This document shows, in pieces, positions 8,598 through 17,836 of a DNA stretch of 64,000 nt (position 1 is the first letter of the stretch; each line of letters opens with the position of its first letter). Position numbers and translations under genes: made by a program. The notes under the pieces were generated by a model that was not told where the DNA came from, did no database searches, and saw only the letters and a list, made by a program, of their open reading frames with translations. This stretch comes from a virus, in IMG/VR virus record IMGVR_UViG_3300042934_000519, positions 8,984 through 72,983 of that record, one strand, 5' to 3'.

Positions 8598-10619
8598 ATG
8601 GAAATCGAAGAGACCATCCAAACCGCTCATGACCGCGTCAAGCTGCTCAGAGAGAAGATCGATCACCTGAACTATCAGTACCACACCTTGAGCGTTCAAG
8701 AAGTGCCTGACCCAGTGTTCGATTCGCTTAAGCGGGAACTGGCTGAACTGGAAGTGGCGCTCTGTATCGATGATAAAGAGTCGCCTACCAAGACTGTCGG
8801 AGCGACTGCTGCGGGCAGTCACTTTGAGATCGTCAAGCACTACAGCCCCATGCTCAGTCTGGCCAACGTCTTCTCCCCCAAGGAGTTGATGGAATGGGTC
8901 CATGACACCATGGCCATCAATGACGTGCTTCAGGAAGACCCCAAGCTTGATGGCTTGAGTCTGGACCTGGTGTACAAAGACCGCATGCTCAAACAGGCCA
9001 TTACCCGTGGCGATGGCTTTGAAGGTGAGGACGTCACCGAGAACGCTGTCAACGTCTGGGGCGTGATCACCGACTTGGGTCTCTCGGCTCCAATGGGGTT
9101 GATCCAAGTGCGCGGTGAAGTGGTCGTCACCAAAGACCATTTCAACAAGATCAACGAAGAGCTGCGGTTGATTGGCAAGAAGCTGTACGCCAACCCTCGA
9201 AACTACGCTGCCGGTTCCCTGCGTCTAAAGAACTCTGACGAAGTGCTGAACCGTCGTCTGAACTTCGTGGCGTATGAAGTGGTGTTCGACAACAGCGCTG
9301 TGGACACATGGACCCTGGAACACTTGCAGGACTGGGGCTTCAATGCGGTCCCGTTCAAGACGTACAAACTCAGCGCCGAGCTGTACGCCAATGAAAGCTT
9401 CTACAACGAGTTGGTGAACTCCGGACTTGAAGTGCGTCCTGAATGGCCATGGGAAATCGACGGTCTGGTGTACAAGGTCGCTGACCGTAAGTTGCGCGAT
9501 GCCATTGGTCAGCGCAGCAGTTCACCGAAGTGGGCCACGGCGTACAAGTTCCCTGCTGAAGAAGCGGTGAGTTTCCTCTGGGAGATCCGTTGGCAAGTTG
9601 GGAAGTCCGGTGCCGTAACACCTGTGGCGGGTATCAAGCCCGTGCGAGTGTGTGGTGTGACCGTCTCCAGTGTGAACCTGCACAACTGCGCTGAGATCGA
9701 GCGGTTGGATCTGCGTATCGGGGACCATCTGGTCGTCACCCGTCGGGGCGATGTGATTCCGAAGATCGAATCGGTCATGAAGGATCTGCGTACGCCGGAC
9801 ATCGAGAATGCACTGATTGTCTACCCCAAACATTGCCCAAGTTGTGGGTGTGAGTTGGAGCGCCATGATCACTCGATGTACTGTCCGAATAACACCGGTT
9901 GCTCTGCCCAGTCGGTAGCCCGTCTGGATCACTTTGTCAGCCGAGATGCCCTGAACATCAAGCACTTGGGTGAAGCCACACTCAAGGAGCTGGTGCGCCA
10001 TGGGCTAGTGGGTTCGTTCTCATCCTTGTTCTACTTGGGGGACGAAGACCTGAAGGTGGTGCTCAAGTCGGATACGGTGCGCCGCAAGGTCCTGACCAAT
10101 ATCCATGCAGCCAAGACTCAACCCTTCCGCCGTGTGTTGCTGGGCGTGGGCATTCCTGAAGTTGGGGAAGGTACCTCTGAGCGACTGGCGGTGTGGTACA
10201 AGAACTTCGGGGAGCTGTGTGAGGCTACTCAGGAGGAATTGGAACGCATCCCGGACATCGGTGAGGAAACCGCCAAATCGATCGTGGACAGCTGCATCCA
10301 GAACCGTCGTGAGTTTCTTTCTTACGACAAGCTCTTCACTTATGTAGAGGAGGATGATAGCGACCCTACGGTGGAGCGTGATCTGGAAGGCAAGCGTGTG
10401 ATTGTGTCGGGCACTTCGTTCGATGGATTGTCGCGCAGCCAGATGGAAGCCAACGTCAAAGCCCGCGGTGCTAAGCTGACGTCCTCCGTCAGTCCTAACC
10501 TTGACATCCTGTTCGCAGGACCGGGTGCTGGGCCTGAAAAGATCAAGAAAGCCTTGAAGCTTGGCTTTGTCCAAGACGGCATCCAATTTATCAATCCGAA
10601 GGGGATCAGTAATGAATAA
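8598..10619 (+). CDS. ligA: NAD-dependent DNA ligase
   Basis: KLDGLS adenylation motif, TRGDG, C4 zinc finger, HhH repeats, C-terminal BRCT. Confidence 0.97.
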   Translation: MEIEETIQTAHDRVKLLREKIDHLNYQYHTLSVQEVPDPVFDSLKRELAELEVALCIDDKESPTKTVGATAAGSHFEIVKHYSPMLSLANVFSPKELMEWVHDTMAINDVLQEDPKLDGLSLDLVYKDRMLKQAITRGDGFEGEDVTENAVNVWGVITDLGLSAPMGLIQVRGEVVVTKDHFNKINEELRLIGKKLYANPRNYAAGSLRLKNSDEVLNRRLNFVAYEVVFDNSAVDTWTLEHLQDWGFNAVPFKTYKLSAELYANESFYNELVNSGLEVRPEWPWEIDGLVYKVADRKLRDAIGQRSSSPKWATAYKFPAEEAVSFLWEIRWQVGKSGAVTPVAGIKPVRVCGVTVSSVNLHNCAEIERLDLRIGDHLVVTRRGDVIPKIESVMKDLRTPDIENALIVYPKHCPSCGCELERHDHSMYCPNNTGCSAQSVARLDHFVSRDALNIKHLGEATLKELVRHGLVGSFSSLFYLGDEDLKVVLKSDTVRRKVLTNIHAAKTQPFRRVLLGVGIPEVGEGTSERLAVWYKNFGELCEATQEELERIPDIGEETAKSIVDSCIQNRREFLSYDKLFTYVEEDDSDPTVERDLEGKRVIVSGTSFDGLSRSQMEANVKARGAKLTSSVSPNLDILFAGPGAGPEKIKKALKLGFVQDGIQFINPKGISNE

Positions 10620-11061
10620 GACGGTAGAAGACATCATCGGTTCTGTACCGGCCGAGTCGACTATCATCGGTTGGGGTGAGGTTCGGCTGATGCCGACCCT
10701 CTTCCGTGACATGGTGATCTGGTGCACCAAGCACACTGAAGCGGTCAAGTTCCAGTTTGCTGTGGACATCGAGACAGCCAACTACATCAACACGGACGAG
10801 CTGTGCCCGATCGTAGTGAGCGAGAACTACCGCGCTGCTCCGCAAGACGGCAGCCGCATCGGTGCCTACGACGGCCAGGACATGCACGTCCTGGGCTTCG
10901 ACAACGGCAAGCACTACCTGGTCATGATGTGCTTGGATGACAACGACAAAGTGGTGTACGTCGCCACCTCGTTGCTCAAGGACATCGAAGCGCAGAAGAA
11001 CATTCTGCCAAAGGTCACTCCGTACAACGTCAAAGCCCTGTCGGGTAACTTCGAGGATTAA
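10612..11061 (+). CDS. Hypothetical protein
   Basis: ATG overlaps ligase 3' end. Confidence 0.7.
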   Translation: MNKTVEDIIGSVPAESTIIGWGEVRLMPTLFRDMVIWCTKHTEAVKFQFAVDIETANYINTDELCPIVVSENYRAAPQDGSRIGAYDGQDMHVLGFDNGKHYLVMMCLDDNDKVVYVATSLLKDIEAQKNILPKVTPYNVKALSGNFED

Positions 11062-11063
11062 CC

Positions 11064-11753
11064 ATGCAAAACATCTATGATCTGATTTTCAGTGCTCTCA
11101 AGAACATCGAGAATCAGAACGATCCCAAGCGTCGCGGTGGCTTCAGCTTCTCTGCCCATGGCAAGTCAGCCGCACACAACCTTAAGTTCCGCTTTCAACG
11201 CGGTGACAACCCACACGGTCAACTGACTTGGACGCCAGTCTCCGGTAGCCTCGGCGCAGGCGGTAACACCGTACAAAACACCATCACTGACGAAGACATC
11301 CAGAATGTTCAAGTCCAGTGCGAGAAGGTCGAGATCAACCCGTACTGGGCAGAACGTGTGGTTCTGTTGTTCAAGGCCATGCAAAGTCTCGGTCTGTTGA
11401 TGCCGACCTTTCAGGTACAAGGCTACCATCCGTCGTGGCGCTCTGGCGGTGGTTACGCCCTGAAGGTCAAGGGCTGGCTGCACAGCGAAGAAGGCGCGCC
11501 TCTGGGTGAGCTGGAACTCGAAGTGCACGCTTTCCCGATGGGTCAGTACGAGAAGAGCGCCCACCTCTTGGAAAAGGCACAAGCGGCCCGGCAAACCCGC
11601 CCACTGGACCGTCAACAGATTGACGAAGCGGCTCGCGCTGCTGTGCCTCTGGGCATCGCTGAAAAGCAAGACGTCGTGGTGCTGGGGAGCAGCCATAACT
11701 CGCTGACCTCTCTGGCACGCAGCGGCGGTATCGGACACATTCCCAACGCCTAA
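11064..11753 (+). CDS. Hypothetical protein
   Basis: GAGG SD; operonic. Confidence 0.7.
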   Translation: MQNIYDLIFSALKNIENQNDPKRRGGFSFSAHGKSAAHNLKFRFQRGDNPHGQLTWTPVSGSLGAGGNTVQNTITDEDIQNVQVQCEKVEINPYWAERVVLLFKAMQSLGLLMPTFQVQGYHPSWRSGGGYALKVKGWLHSEEGAPLGELELEVHAFPMGQYEKSAHLLEKAQAARQTRPLDRQQIDEAARAAVPLGIAEKQDVVVLGSSHNSLTSLARSGGIGHIPNA

Positions 11754-11786
11754 CACACACTAACCATTTTACTGAGGAGTAAAGTA

Positions 11787-12329
11787 ATGCCAACGCGTCA
11801 TGCGATCTTCGCGCAGTCATTGTTCGGGTACATCGGCAAACGGGGTAACCATCCGCTTCTCTGGAAGCTTAAAGGTGACCTGCCTCGTTTCAAAGCCCTG
11901 ACTGACGGCGCTGCCATTATCATGGGGCGTCACACGATGGACAGTCTGCCCGGACTGCTGCCCAACCGCTTCCACATTGTCGTGTCTCGTACACTGGCAC
12001 CAGGGTTGGATGGTGATCAAAATGTCGCAGTGGTCAGTTCGTTGGATCAAGCGTTTGCTCTGGCAAGCGAATACGGTTACGAAGATCAATTCGTGATCGG
12101 CGGTGGGGACCTGCTCAATGAAGCGATCCCTTACTGCCACAAGATCCATCGTACAGTTGTGTTGGAGCGTGAACCCATCGACGGCGACATGTCGATGGTC
12201 GCTTTACCGATGAAACCCCCGCACTGGGGGCGCTTCACCATGGATTCAATCGAAGAACACCATGACGACGAAACCGGCGGTTATGACTTCGAAGTGTACA
12301 CCCAACCTGAGCCTCTTCAACCCAAGTAA
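11787..12329 (+). CDS. folA: Dihydrofolate reductase
   Basis: WKLKGDLPRFKALT, IMGRHT, LPNR, VIGGG motifs. Confidence 0.93.
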   Translation: MPTRHAIFAQSLFGYIGKRGNHPLLWKLKGDLPRFKALTDGAAIIMGRHTMDSLPGLLPNRFHIVVSRTLAPGLDGDQNVAVVSSLDQAFALASEYGYEDQFVIGGGDLLNEAIPYCHKIHRTVVLEREPIDGDMSMVALPMKPPHWGRFTMDSIEEHHDDETGGYDFEVYTQPEPLQPK

Positions 12330-12341
12330 GGAACATCAATC

Positions 12342-12698
12342 GTGAAACGCATTGCTCTCTTCTGTGCCTTATTGAGCCTCGCTGCAACTTCCCATGCAAC
12401 AACCGCAGCAAAGCCCACCAAGGTCTTTATCATGACGGCGCAACACTGTGACCTGTTTCAAGAAGGCACGGCCCGCATGGTGAAACAGAACCGTGAGGGT
12501 ATGAGTCTGGAAGCGTCAAAGTTCAGCATCGAGAACGAATACCTGACCGGCCCTAACAAGCTGGTCTATTCGCAGATCAAACCCTATCTCTACGCTGTCA
12601 CGGATGAATACTACGACAACCAGTCTCTGGCGGAAATCGATTACGCTTCGGTGATCGGTCGTAACTGTCGGGACATGATCGGCCGTACGGCTCAGTGA
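12342..12698 (+). CDS. Secreted/periplasmic hypothetical protein
   Basis: Signal peptide MKRIALFCALLSLAATSHA; two mature Cys. Confidence 0.65.
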   Translation: MKRIALFCALLSLAATSHATTAAKPTKVFIMTAQHCDLFQEGTARMVKQNREGMSLEASKFSIENEYLTGPNKLVYSQIKPYLYAVTDEYYDNQSLAEIDYASVIGRNCRDMIGRTAQ

Positions 12699-12701
12699 GT
12701 A

Positions 12702-12754
12702 CATACACAGCCAGGGCACGTGCCCTGGCTGTGTATGCCTTCTTTTTTCTTTCG
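12702..12754 (+). terminator. Long palindromic terminator
   Basis: CATACACAGCCAGGGCA-CG-TGCCCTGGCTGTGTATG followed by pyrimidine tract. Confidence 0.75.
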
Positions 12755-12795
12755 AATACTATGTTGAGGACTTCGCACACACAGGAACTATTAAC

Positions 12796-13242
12796 ATGTC
12801 GGCACTGACAGATTACAATGCTAAGCTGCGCCAGCTCTCAGAGTCGATCCGGCTCAAGATCGCTGGCAAGCTGGGCAAAACCGAACAAGCAGCAGACTCG
12901 GCCAAGTTGGGCGGGAAATCCCTGACTGATCTCTACGCCATTTTCAACATCAAAGATTATCAAGTAGCCAGTGAATACATCACGGTTGCAGCAGATGGTG
13001 TCAAACAGTACGACCTTCAGACTCTGATGACGGCGGCTGTCTTTGCCACCTTCGACATCAAGACCGTCGAGATTCTGGTTCGCGCCAAGGACACCACCGC
13101 CTCCTCTCCGTTGTTCAACGCTTACGCTAACGCTGAAGCCTTGGTCACTTACGGGATCAAAGATGAGCGCTATGTGATCATCGCCAACCAGTCCGGTGCG
13201 TCTATCGACTTGTACGTGAAGATTCGCGTGCAGCCCAAATAA
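12796..13242 (+). CDS. Tail-fibre-associated protein
   Basis: KLGKTEQAADSAKLGGK repeat shared with the fibre at 38718-40616; TATG motif upstream (~12760). Confidence 0.7.
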   Translation: MSALTDYNAKLRQLSESIRLKIAGKLGKTEQAADSAKLGGKSLTDLYAIFNIKDYQVASEYITVAADGVKQYDLQTLMTAAVFATFDIKTVEILVRAKDTTASSPLFNAYANAEALVTYGIKDERYVIIANQSGASIDLYVKIRVQPK

Positions 13243-13252
13243 GGACTGAGTC

Positions 13253-15814
13253 ATGGCCGATATCTCCTTTGACGTCGCAGAGGGTTATTACCTTTCGCCG
13301 TTCACAGCCAAGATGATTCTGAGCGGGAACGTTCAGAGCCTGCAATTTAGCGTTAACGGTGCTCCTCCATCGATCTCCAAGTACGTCGCGTATGACCAAC
13401 TCACTCCGCCTAACCCGTTCATTGCGGTTACGCAAGATGGGACAGGGAACGTGGTGTATGACGGCGGGTTCCCCAAGTTCTACAACAACGTTGCACCTAC
13501 TGCGGGGATCAACGCATCGATCTCCATGGAGTTCAGTGCCAAGTGCGTCGGTGTAGCAGCCGGGACCAATGCGTACTACTACAACGCCTTCAACGACCTG
13601 AACGTGACCTTGGCCATTGGCGACAAACTCGTCTATGACATGTGGCAGAACAGTGTCGATTGCCAGACCGGTATTGACGGTGTGACAGCGGACTCGGCGG
13701 ACCTTGCTACTTATTCATTGCGCGACTGGGGCCGCACCACACCCGGTGTAGGCGGTGGGCAGATCAAGGATCAGAACGGACTGAGCAGTCACCCTGGAAC
13801 CAACTTGGGGACACGCGCGGTCAACCAATGGTACCACCGTGAATTTGACCTGACCCCAGCGGCAGGGCACAAGTTCATTCGATGGTCCATGGCAATGGAA
13901 GGTGAGACACCGGGCGACTTCTACGCTCGTTACCGTGACGTCTACATTCTGGACAAGAACGGAGCGATCAAAGCGACGCTGTTTAAAGACACGCTCAAAT
14001 TACCGGGTAACTCGTCGACTGAAGCCGGTGCCTCAGGCTACACCAACTTGGCCAAGTCGATCTACGACCCGCGAGGTCAGTTGTCGGCATCGTTTAAGTA
14101 CTTGTACAACGCGATCATCTGGACGGCTAACCAGAAGAAACTGGCTGCCGGTAATCGCAAAGTGCTGGTGCTGGGCGACGGTACTGTGAACTACCGGATC
14201 AAGGGCACGGGACCCAATGACTTCAACACCAGTTTGGTGCGGTTGTTTGCAGCGGTTGGGTTCACCCCGACATTCAAGGATGTAACTGATTACACTGGTG
14301 GTAAACTGGATGAATCAGCAGCCAGTCTGGATCAGTACGTCTGTGTGCTTTTCATGTCCACTGCGAACGGCACCACTGGGTACTTCACCGATGCCTGTGT
14401 TCAAGCGTTGGTCAATTACCGAGAAGCAGGGAACGGTCTGATTATTGTGACTGACCACGGTCCGGTGATCACGGACATTGCTAACGCGTATCCCTTTACC
14501 GAAGGCAACGCATTCTTCGCCTCGGCTAACCAGTTGATCAAGAACTTCGGTGCTTACTTCTCTGGCAACTACGACCGTACACCGGTCAACGTAGGTTTCC
14601 TGCGTTCAACGTACGGGGATCACCCCCTGTATGCAGGGATGACCAACGATGAGAGTATCGCCGCAGGTCCTTCTGAAAGCCGGGTGCAAGTGGCGGTGTA
14701 TCCTACGGTATTGCCGGGGGATGTCCAACCGTTCAACATCGGCAATGGCAAGACGGTCATTCAAGTCACCGCAGTGCTCAAGTCAGGGGAAATCATCCCT
14801 TTCAAGATCACGTACAACGTTGTGAACTTCAAGCTGTCGATCAGCGATGGAACACAGTCGGCTGACAACGGACAGAAGCTCAACGTCGGTGTCAAGAACC
14901 AGTCGCTCATCAATGTCGTGCTCACCGGTAACCCCGGTGTAAACGCATCGGGCACCGTACTGAAAAACGGCGTCAAGGTCGGGTCCATTGCCATTACGGC
15001 AGCAGGGGTGCTGAGTCAGCTCTGGGACAGTGGAGGCCAAGGGGCAGTGGCTGTGCAAGGAGGTGATACCTTCAGCGCCGTGATCACCACACCAGTCTCT
15101 TTGACCACGGTCATCACGATCACCCGTTTCCAGCCTTCGATTAAAGGTAAGCGCAGTCTGGCAGAGGTCATGAAGACCCTGCGAGCGTACAAGCCAACAC
15201 AGACCCCGATCAAGAACGTCATCGCCATCATTGGTGAGATTGCCTCGGTCGTGCCTTGGTTGGGGCTCAAACCTTCGCTGAACATGCCCACCAACCTGAA
15301 ACTGATCGGTGACTACTTCCTTAACCAAGGATTGGCTGCACTGGTCTTGCCGAATGCGGGTAGTAAACCGTATGACGCCAACGCTCGGCCATGGGCGGCA
15401 AGTGGGGCGTACGCGTTGTGGAAACCGGCCAACCCTGTTAACGGGACGCCAGTGGACTTTGGCTACTTGATGTTCTCCCCGGTCTACGGAACGGAATTGG
15501 TACCGGGTAACTTCAAGCTGGACTACTACGCCAACCTGTACATCCCGGCAGGGACATACCGGCTGTTTGCACAGGCTGATGATATCTTTGACTTCTATCT
15601 GGACGGGTTGCAGTACACCCAGATCGGTGCTCAAGGCGAAGCCACGATCGTCATCCCTGAAAGCCGTTACTACGCTGCAAAGGTGTCCAACACCAATATC
15701 CCAGCCGATACCCCGTCGTATTGGACGTTTGCCATGGTCAACATGACAACGGGCGAAGTCGTCATTCGCCCTGCTCCTGGGGTCTGGAAGACCCAAGAGT
15801 ACAGCGCTTCGTAA
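13253..15814 (+). CDS. Large virion/tail fibre protein (beta-rich, PA14-like C-terminus)
   Basis: 853 aa, G/T/N-rich; GTYRLFAQADDIFDFYLDG resembles PA14 domain. Confidence 0.65.
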   Translation: MADISFDVAEGYYLSPFTAKMILSGNVQSLQFSVNGAPPSISKYVAYDQLTPPNPFIAVTQDGTGNVVYDGGFPKFYNNVAPTAGINASISMEFSAKCVGVAAGTNAYYYNAFNDLNVTLAIGDKLVYDMWQNSVDCQTGIDGVTADSADLATYSLRDWGRTTPGVGGGQIKDQNGLSSHPGTNLGTRAVNQWYHREFDLTPAAGHKFIRWSMAMEGETPGDFYARYRDVYILDKNGAIKATLFKDTLKLPGNSSTEAGASGYTNLAKSIYDPRGQLSASFKYLYNAIIWTANQKKLAAGNRKVLVLGDGTVNYRIKGTGPNDFNTSLVRLFAAVGFTPTFKDVTDYTGGKLDESAASLDQYVCVLFMSTANGTTGYFTDACVQALVNYREAGNGLIIVTDHGPVITDIANAYPFTEGNAFFASANQLIKNFGAYFSGNYDRTPVNVGFLRSTYGDHPLYAGMTNDESIAAGPSESRVQVAVYPTVLPGDVQPFNIGNGKTVIQVTAVLKSGEIIPFKITYNVVNFKLSISDGTQSADNGQKLNVGVKNQSLINVVLTGNPGVNASGTVLKNGVKVGSIAITAAGVLSQLWDSGGQGAVAVQGGDTFSAVITTPVSLTTVITITRFQPSIKGKRSLAEVMKTLRAYKPTQTPIKNVIAIIGEIASVVPWLGLKPSLNMPTNLKLIGDYFLNQGLAALVLPNAGSKPYDANARPWAASGAYALWKPANPVNGTPVDFGYLMFSPVYGTELVPGNFKLDYYANLYIPAGTYRLFAQADDIFDFYLDGLQYTQIGAQGEATIVIPESRYYAAKVSNTNIPADTPSYWTFAMVNMTTGEVVIRPAPGVWKTQEYSAS

Positions 15815-15822
15815 TAAGCAAG

Positions 15823-15854
15823 GCAGAGGACCTTCGGGTCCTCTGTTTATGCCG
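15823..15854 (+). terminator. Hairpin terminator with TATGCCG
   Basis: CAGAGGACC-TTCG-GGTCCTCTG-TTTATGCCG. Confidence 0.75.
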
Positions 15855-15877
15855 TCTATTGAAAAACAATGAGGTCC

Positions 15878-15892
15878 TACATTACTAACGTG
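15878..15892 (+). promoter_or_regulatory. Putative early promoter
   Basis: TACATTACTAACGTG. Confidence 0.65.
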
Positions 15893-15975
15893 AAGGTGGT
15901 CACTTCAAGTCGTCTTTTAAAGAAATACCTGATCGTATTCTTATACGCCCCTTAACCTTTGTAGGAACTCAACCC

Positions 15976-17415
15976 ATGAAATTCCGTGAACACCGCGGCA
16001 GTCTCGATGACTCGATGAGAACGTCGGTCGAACTGGGCAATCATTTTGCCGACCTCTGCAATCACCTTCGTATTCTGCAAGGCGGAGAAGGCAACGCGTT
16101 GCCAGTGATTTACCGCAATGACCAGATCATGTTCAAAGTGGCTGGTGGGCCCGACGCCCGTATCGGTTGGGAAGGTTCAGTCTACGTCATCCTCGACGGA
16201 CATGGCGTACTTGGCATGGTAGACCGCATTCCGGAAGGCACTCCAGCTGTTCAAGTACTGCCTTCCGTTGACGCAGGTGTTGCCATGTTGGCAGCGCAGA
16301 ACGAGTACAAAGCAGATGAGCATGTAGGTGACACGCAAAAGCATTACTTCACAACGGCGGGCGGTGAAGCATCGCTGAACGATTTGATTGCACTTGCAGG
16401 AGCAACGACTACCCGTGCCGACGTCCCACTCATCCACGCTACTGGATCTCGGGAGCCTGAACATTACGACTCCGTTGTATCGGCTCTTCCTCAGTTGGAA
16501 TCCACGCCGCTCGCCAATGGGCAGCATGAGACCTTCAATGGTGCAGAGTGGCTCAAGAAGCTACGTGATATGGTTGCCAACGAAGACAACGACCAGGCAC
16601 TCGTCTTCATCGACAGCTTGAGTTCAGCCACGGCGCAGACAATAACCCCTCCTGCAAAAGTCGAACCCGGTCAAGGGGCAGCTGCCTTTGCCAAGCTCGA
16701 AGATTGGGCTGAAGACTTCGGTCATCCTGACTTCCAGTCGTGGGTTCAGTCTCTGCCGCCTCACATCGTGTCTCAGTGGAAACAGGCCGACGCCGGTATG
16801 GTTATCGTCCCAGACGCTGAGCACATGACAGAAGCGATGGTGGATGCTTCTCGTGGGCTTCATCTGTATTACATGGAAGCCGGTAGTGGCGTACGTTGCG
16901 ATCACATGCGCAAGCACTTGGATCGTTACGCGCCATGGGCTTCAAAGCACTACCCGCAATGGTTCCGTGAAGACATGGGTCACCTGACCAAAGCCGGGCG
17001 GGCCCAGATCGCTCACGCGTTGACCATTGGCGCGTATTTCGACCCGGATGCACGCGCTGAGTACTTTGCCGAAGCGCGTGAACAGAAAGGTCGTATCTGG
17101 GACAACCCTCTGCATCAGCGAGTGCGGATCACCTTCAAGCCCATCGTCATGGGCGAACTGTTTGAAGGCGGTGGCTTCGTGGTATACAAACGCTTCATGG
17201 ACGGTGCACAGGTAGGCGAGAACAAGTTCCTGATCACCCTTAACCGCAGCGACCTGCCAAAAGAACATCGCAAGAAGTTCAAGCAGACGGCGGTGGGTGT
17301 CTTCATGTCTTTGGAAAACGAAGGCCGTGAAGTGGTGTTCGGCGAAGTGCTGGTCTACCCGAAACTGGAAAGCAGCACCTTCCAAGTGACCCCCAACATG
17401 GCGAGTCGTTTCTGA
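15976..17415 (+). CDS. Multi-domain hypothetical protein
   Basis: 479-aa ORF, AGGA SD. Confidence 0.75.
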   Translation: MKFREHRGSLDDSMRTSVELGNHFADLCNHLRILQGGEGNALPVIYRNDQIMFKVAGGPDARIGWEGSVYVILDGHGVLGMVDRIPEGTPAVQVLPSVDAGVAMLAAQNEYKADEHVGDTQKHYFTTAGGEASLNDLIALAGATTTRADVPLIHATGSREPEHYDSVVSALPQLESTPLANGQHETFNGAEWLKKLRDMVANEDNDQALVFIDSLSSATAQTITPPAKVEPGQGAAAFAKLEDWAEDFGHPDFQSWVQSLPPHIVSQWKQADAGMVIVPDAEHMTEAMVDASRGLHLYYMEAGSGVRCDHMRKHLDRYAPWASKHYPQWFREDMGHLTKAGRAQIAHALTIGAYFDPDARAEYFAEAREQKGRIWDNPLHQRVRITFKPIVMGELFEGGGFVVYKRFMDGAQVGENKFLITLNRSDLPKEHRKKFKQTAVGVFMSLENEGREVVFGEVLVYPKLESSTFQVTPNMASRF

Positions 17416-17714
17416 TGCGCTTTCTCTGGGAGTTCATTGGGACAGGTGCCTGGGTGTTCTTCACGTTGGCGGTGATCTACCTGGTCGCGTTCTGGTTTGA
17501 TCGTCACTTGCTAAGGCTGGGTTGGCAAGCCGTCATGCTGATGATGCTCACCCTGTTGGTGATCGTCGGTACGGTCGATTGGTTGCTCATCTTGGACAAC
17601 CTCAGTGAGAACCTGCGCTTCACAGCCACCTGCTTTCATCTGACCCTAATGATGATCGTCTCCATCAAACACCAAACCCTGCAAGAATACATCGGCTACC
17701 CATTTAAGCGGTAA
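17415..17714 (+). CDS. Membrane protein (about 3 TM)
   Basis: Hydrophobic helices; TGATG overlap with upstream stop. Confidence 0.65.
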   Translation: MRFLWEFIGTGAWVFFTLAVIYLVAFWFDRHLLRLGWQAVMLMMLTLLVIVGTVDWLLILDNLSENLRFTATCFHLTLMMIVSIKHQTLQEYIGYPFKR

Positions 17715-17836
17715 AAAGAAATGCCACCTGTTAATGGTGTGAAATTCACCCACATTCAAACCAAATACCGTCTGAAGAAACCTACACTCTTCAGGCGGTT
17801 ACTGAATTCAATCAAGAAGAAGGCGGAGCGTAAGTA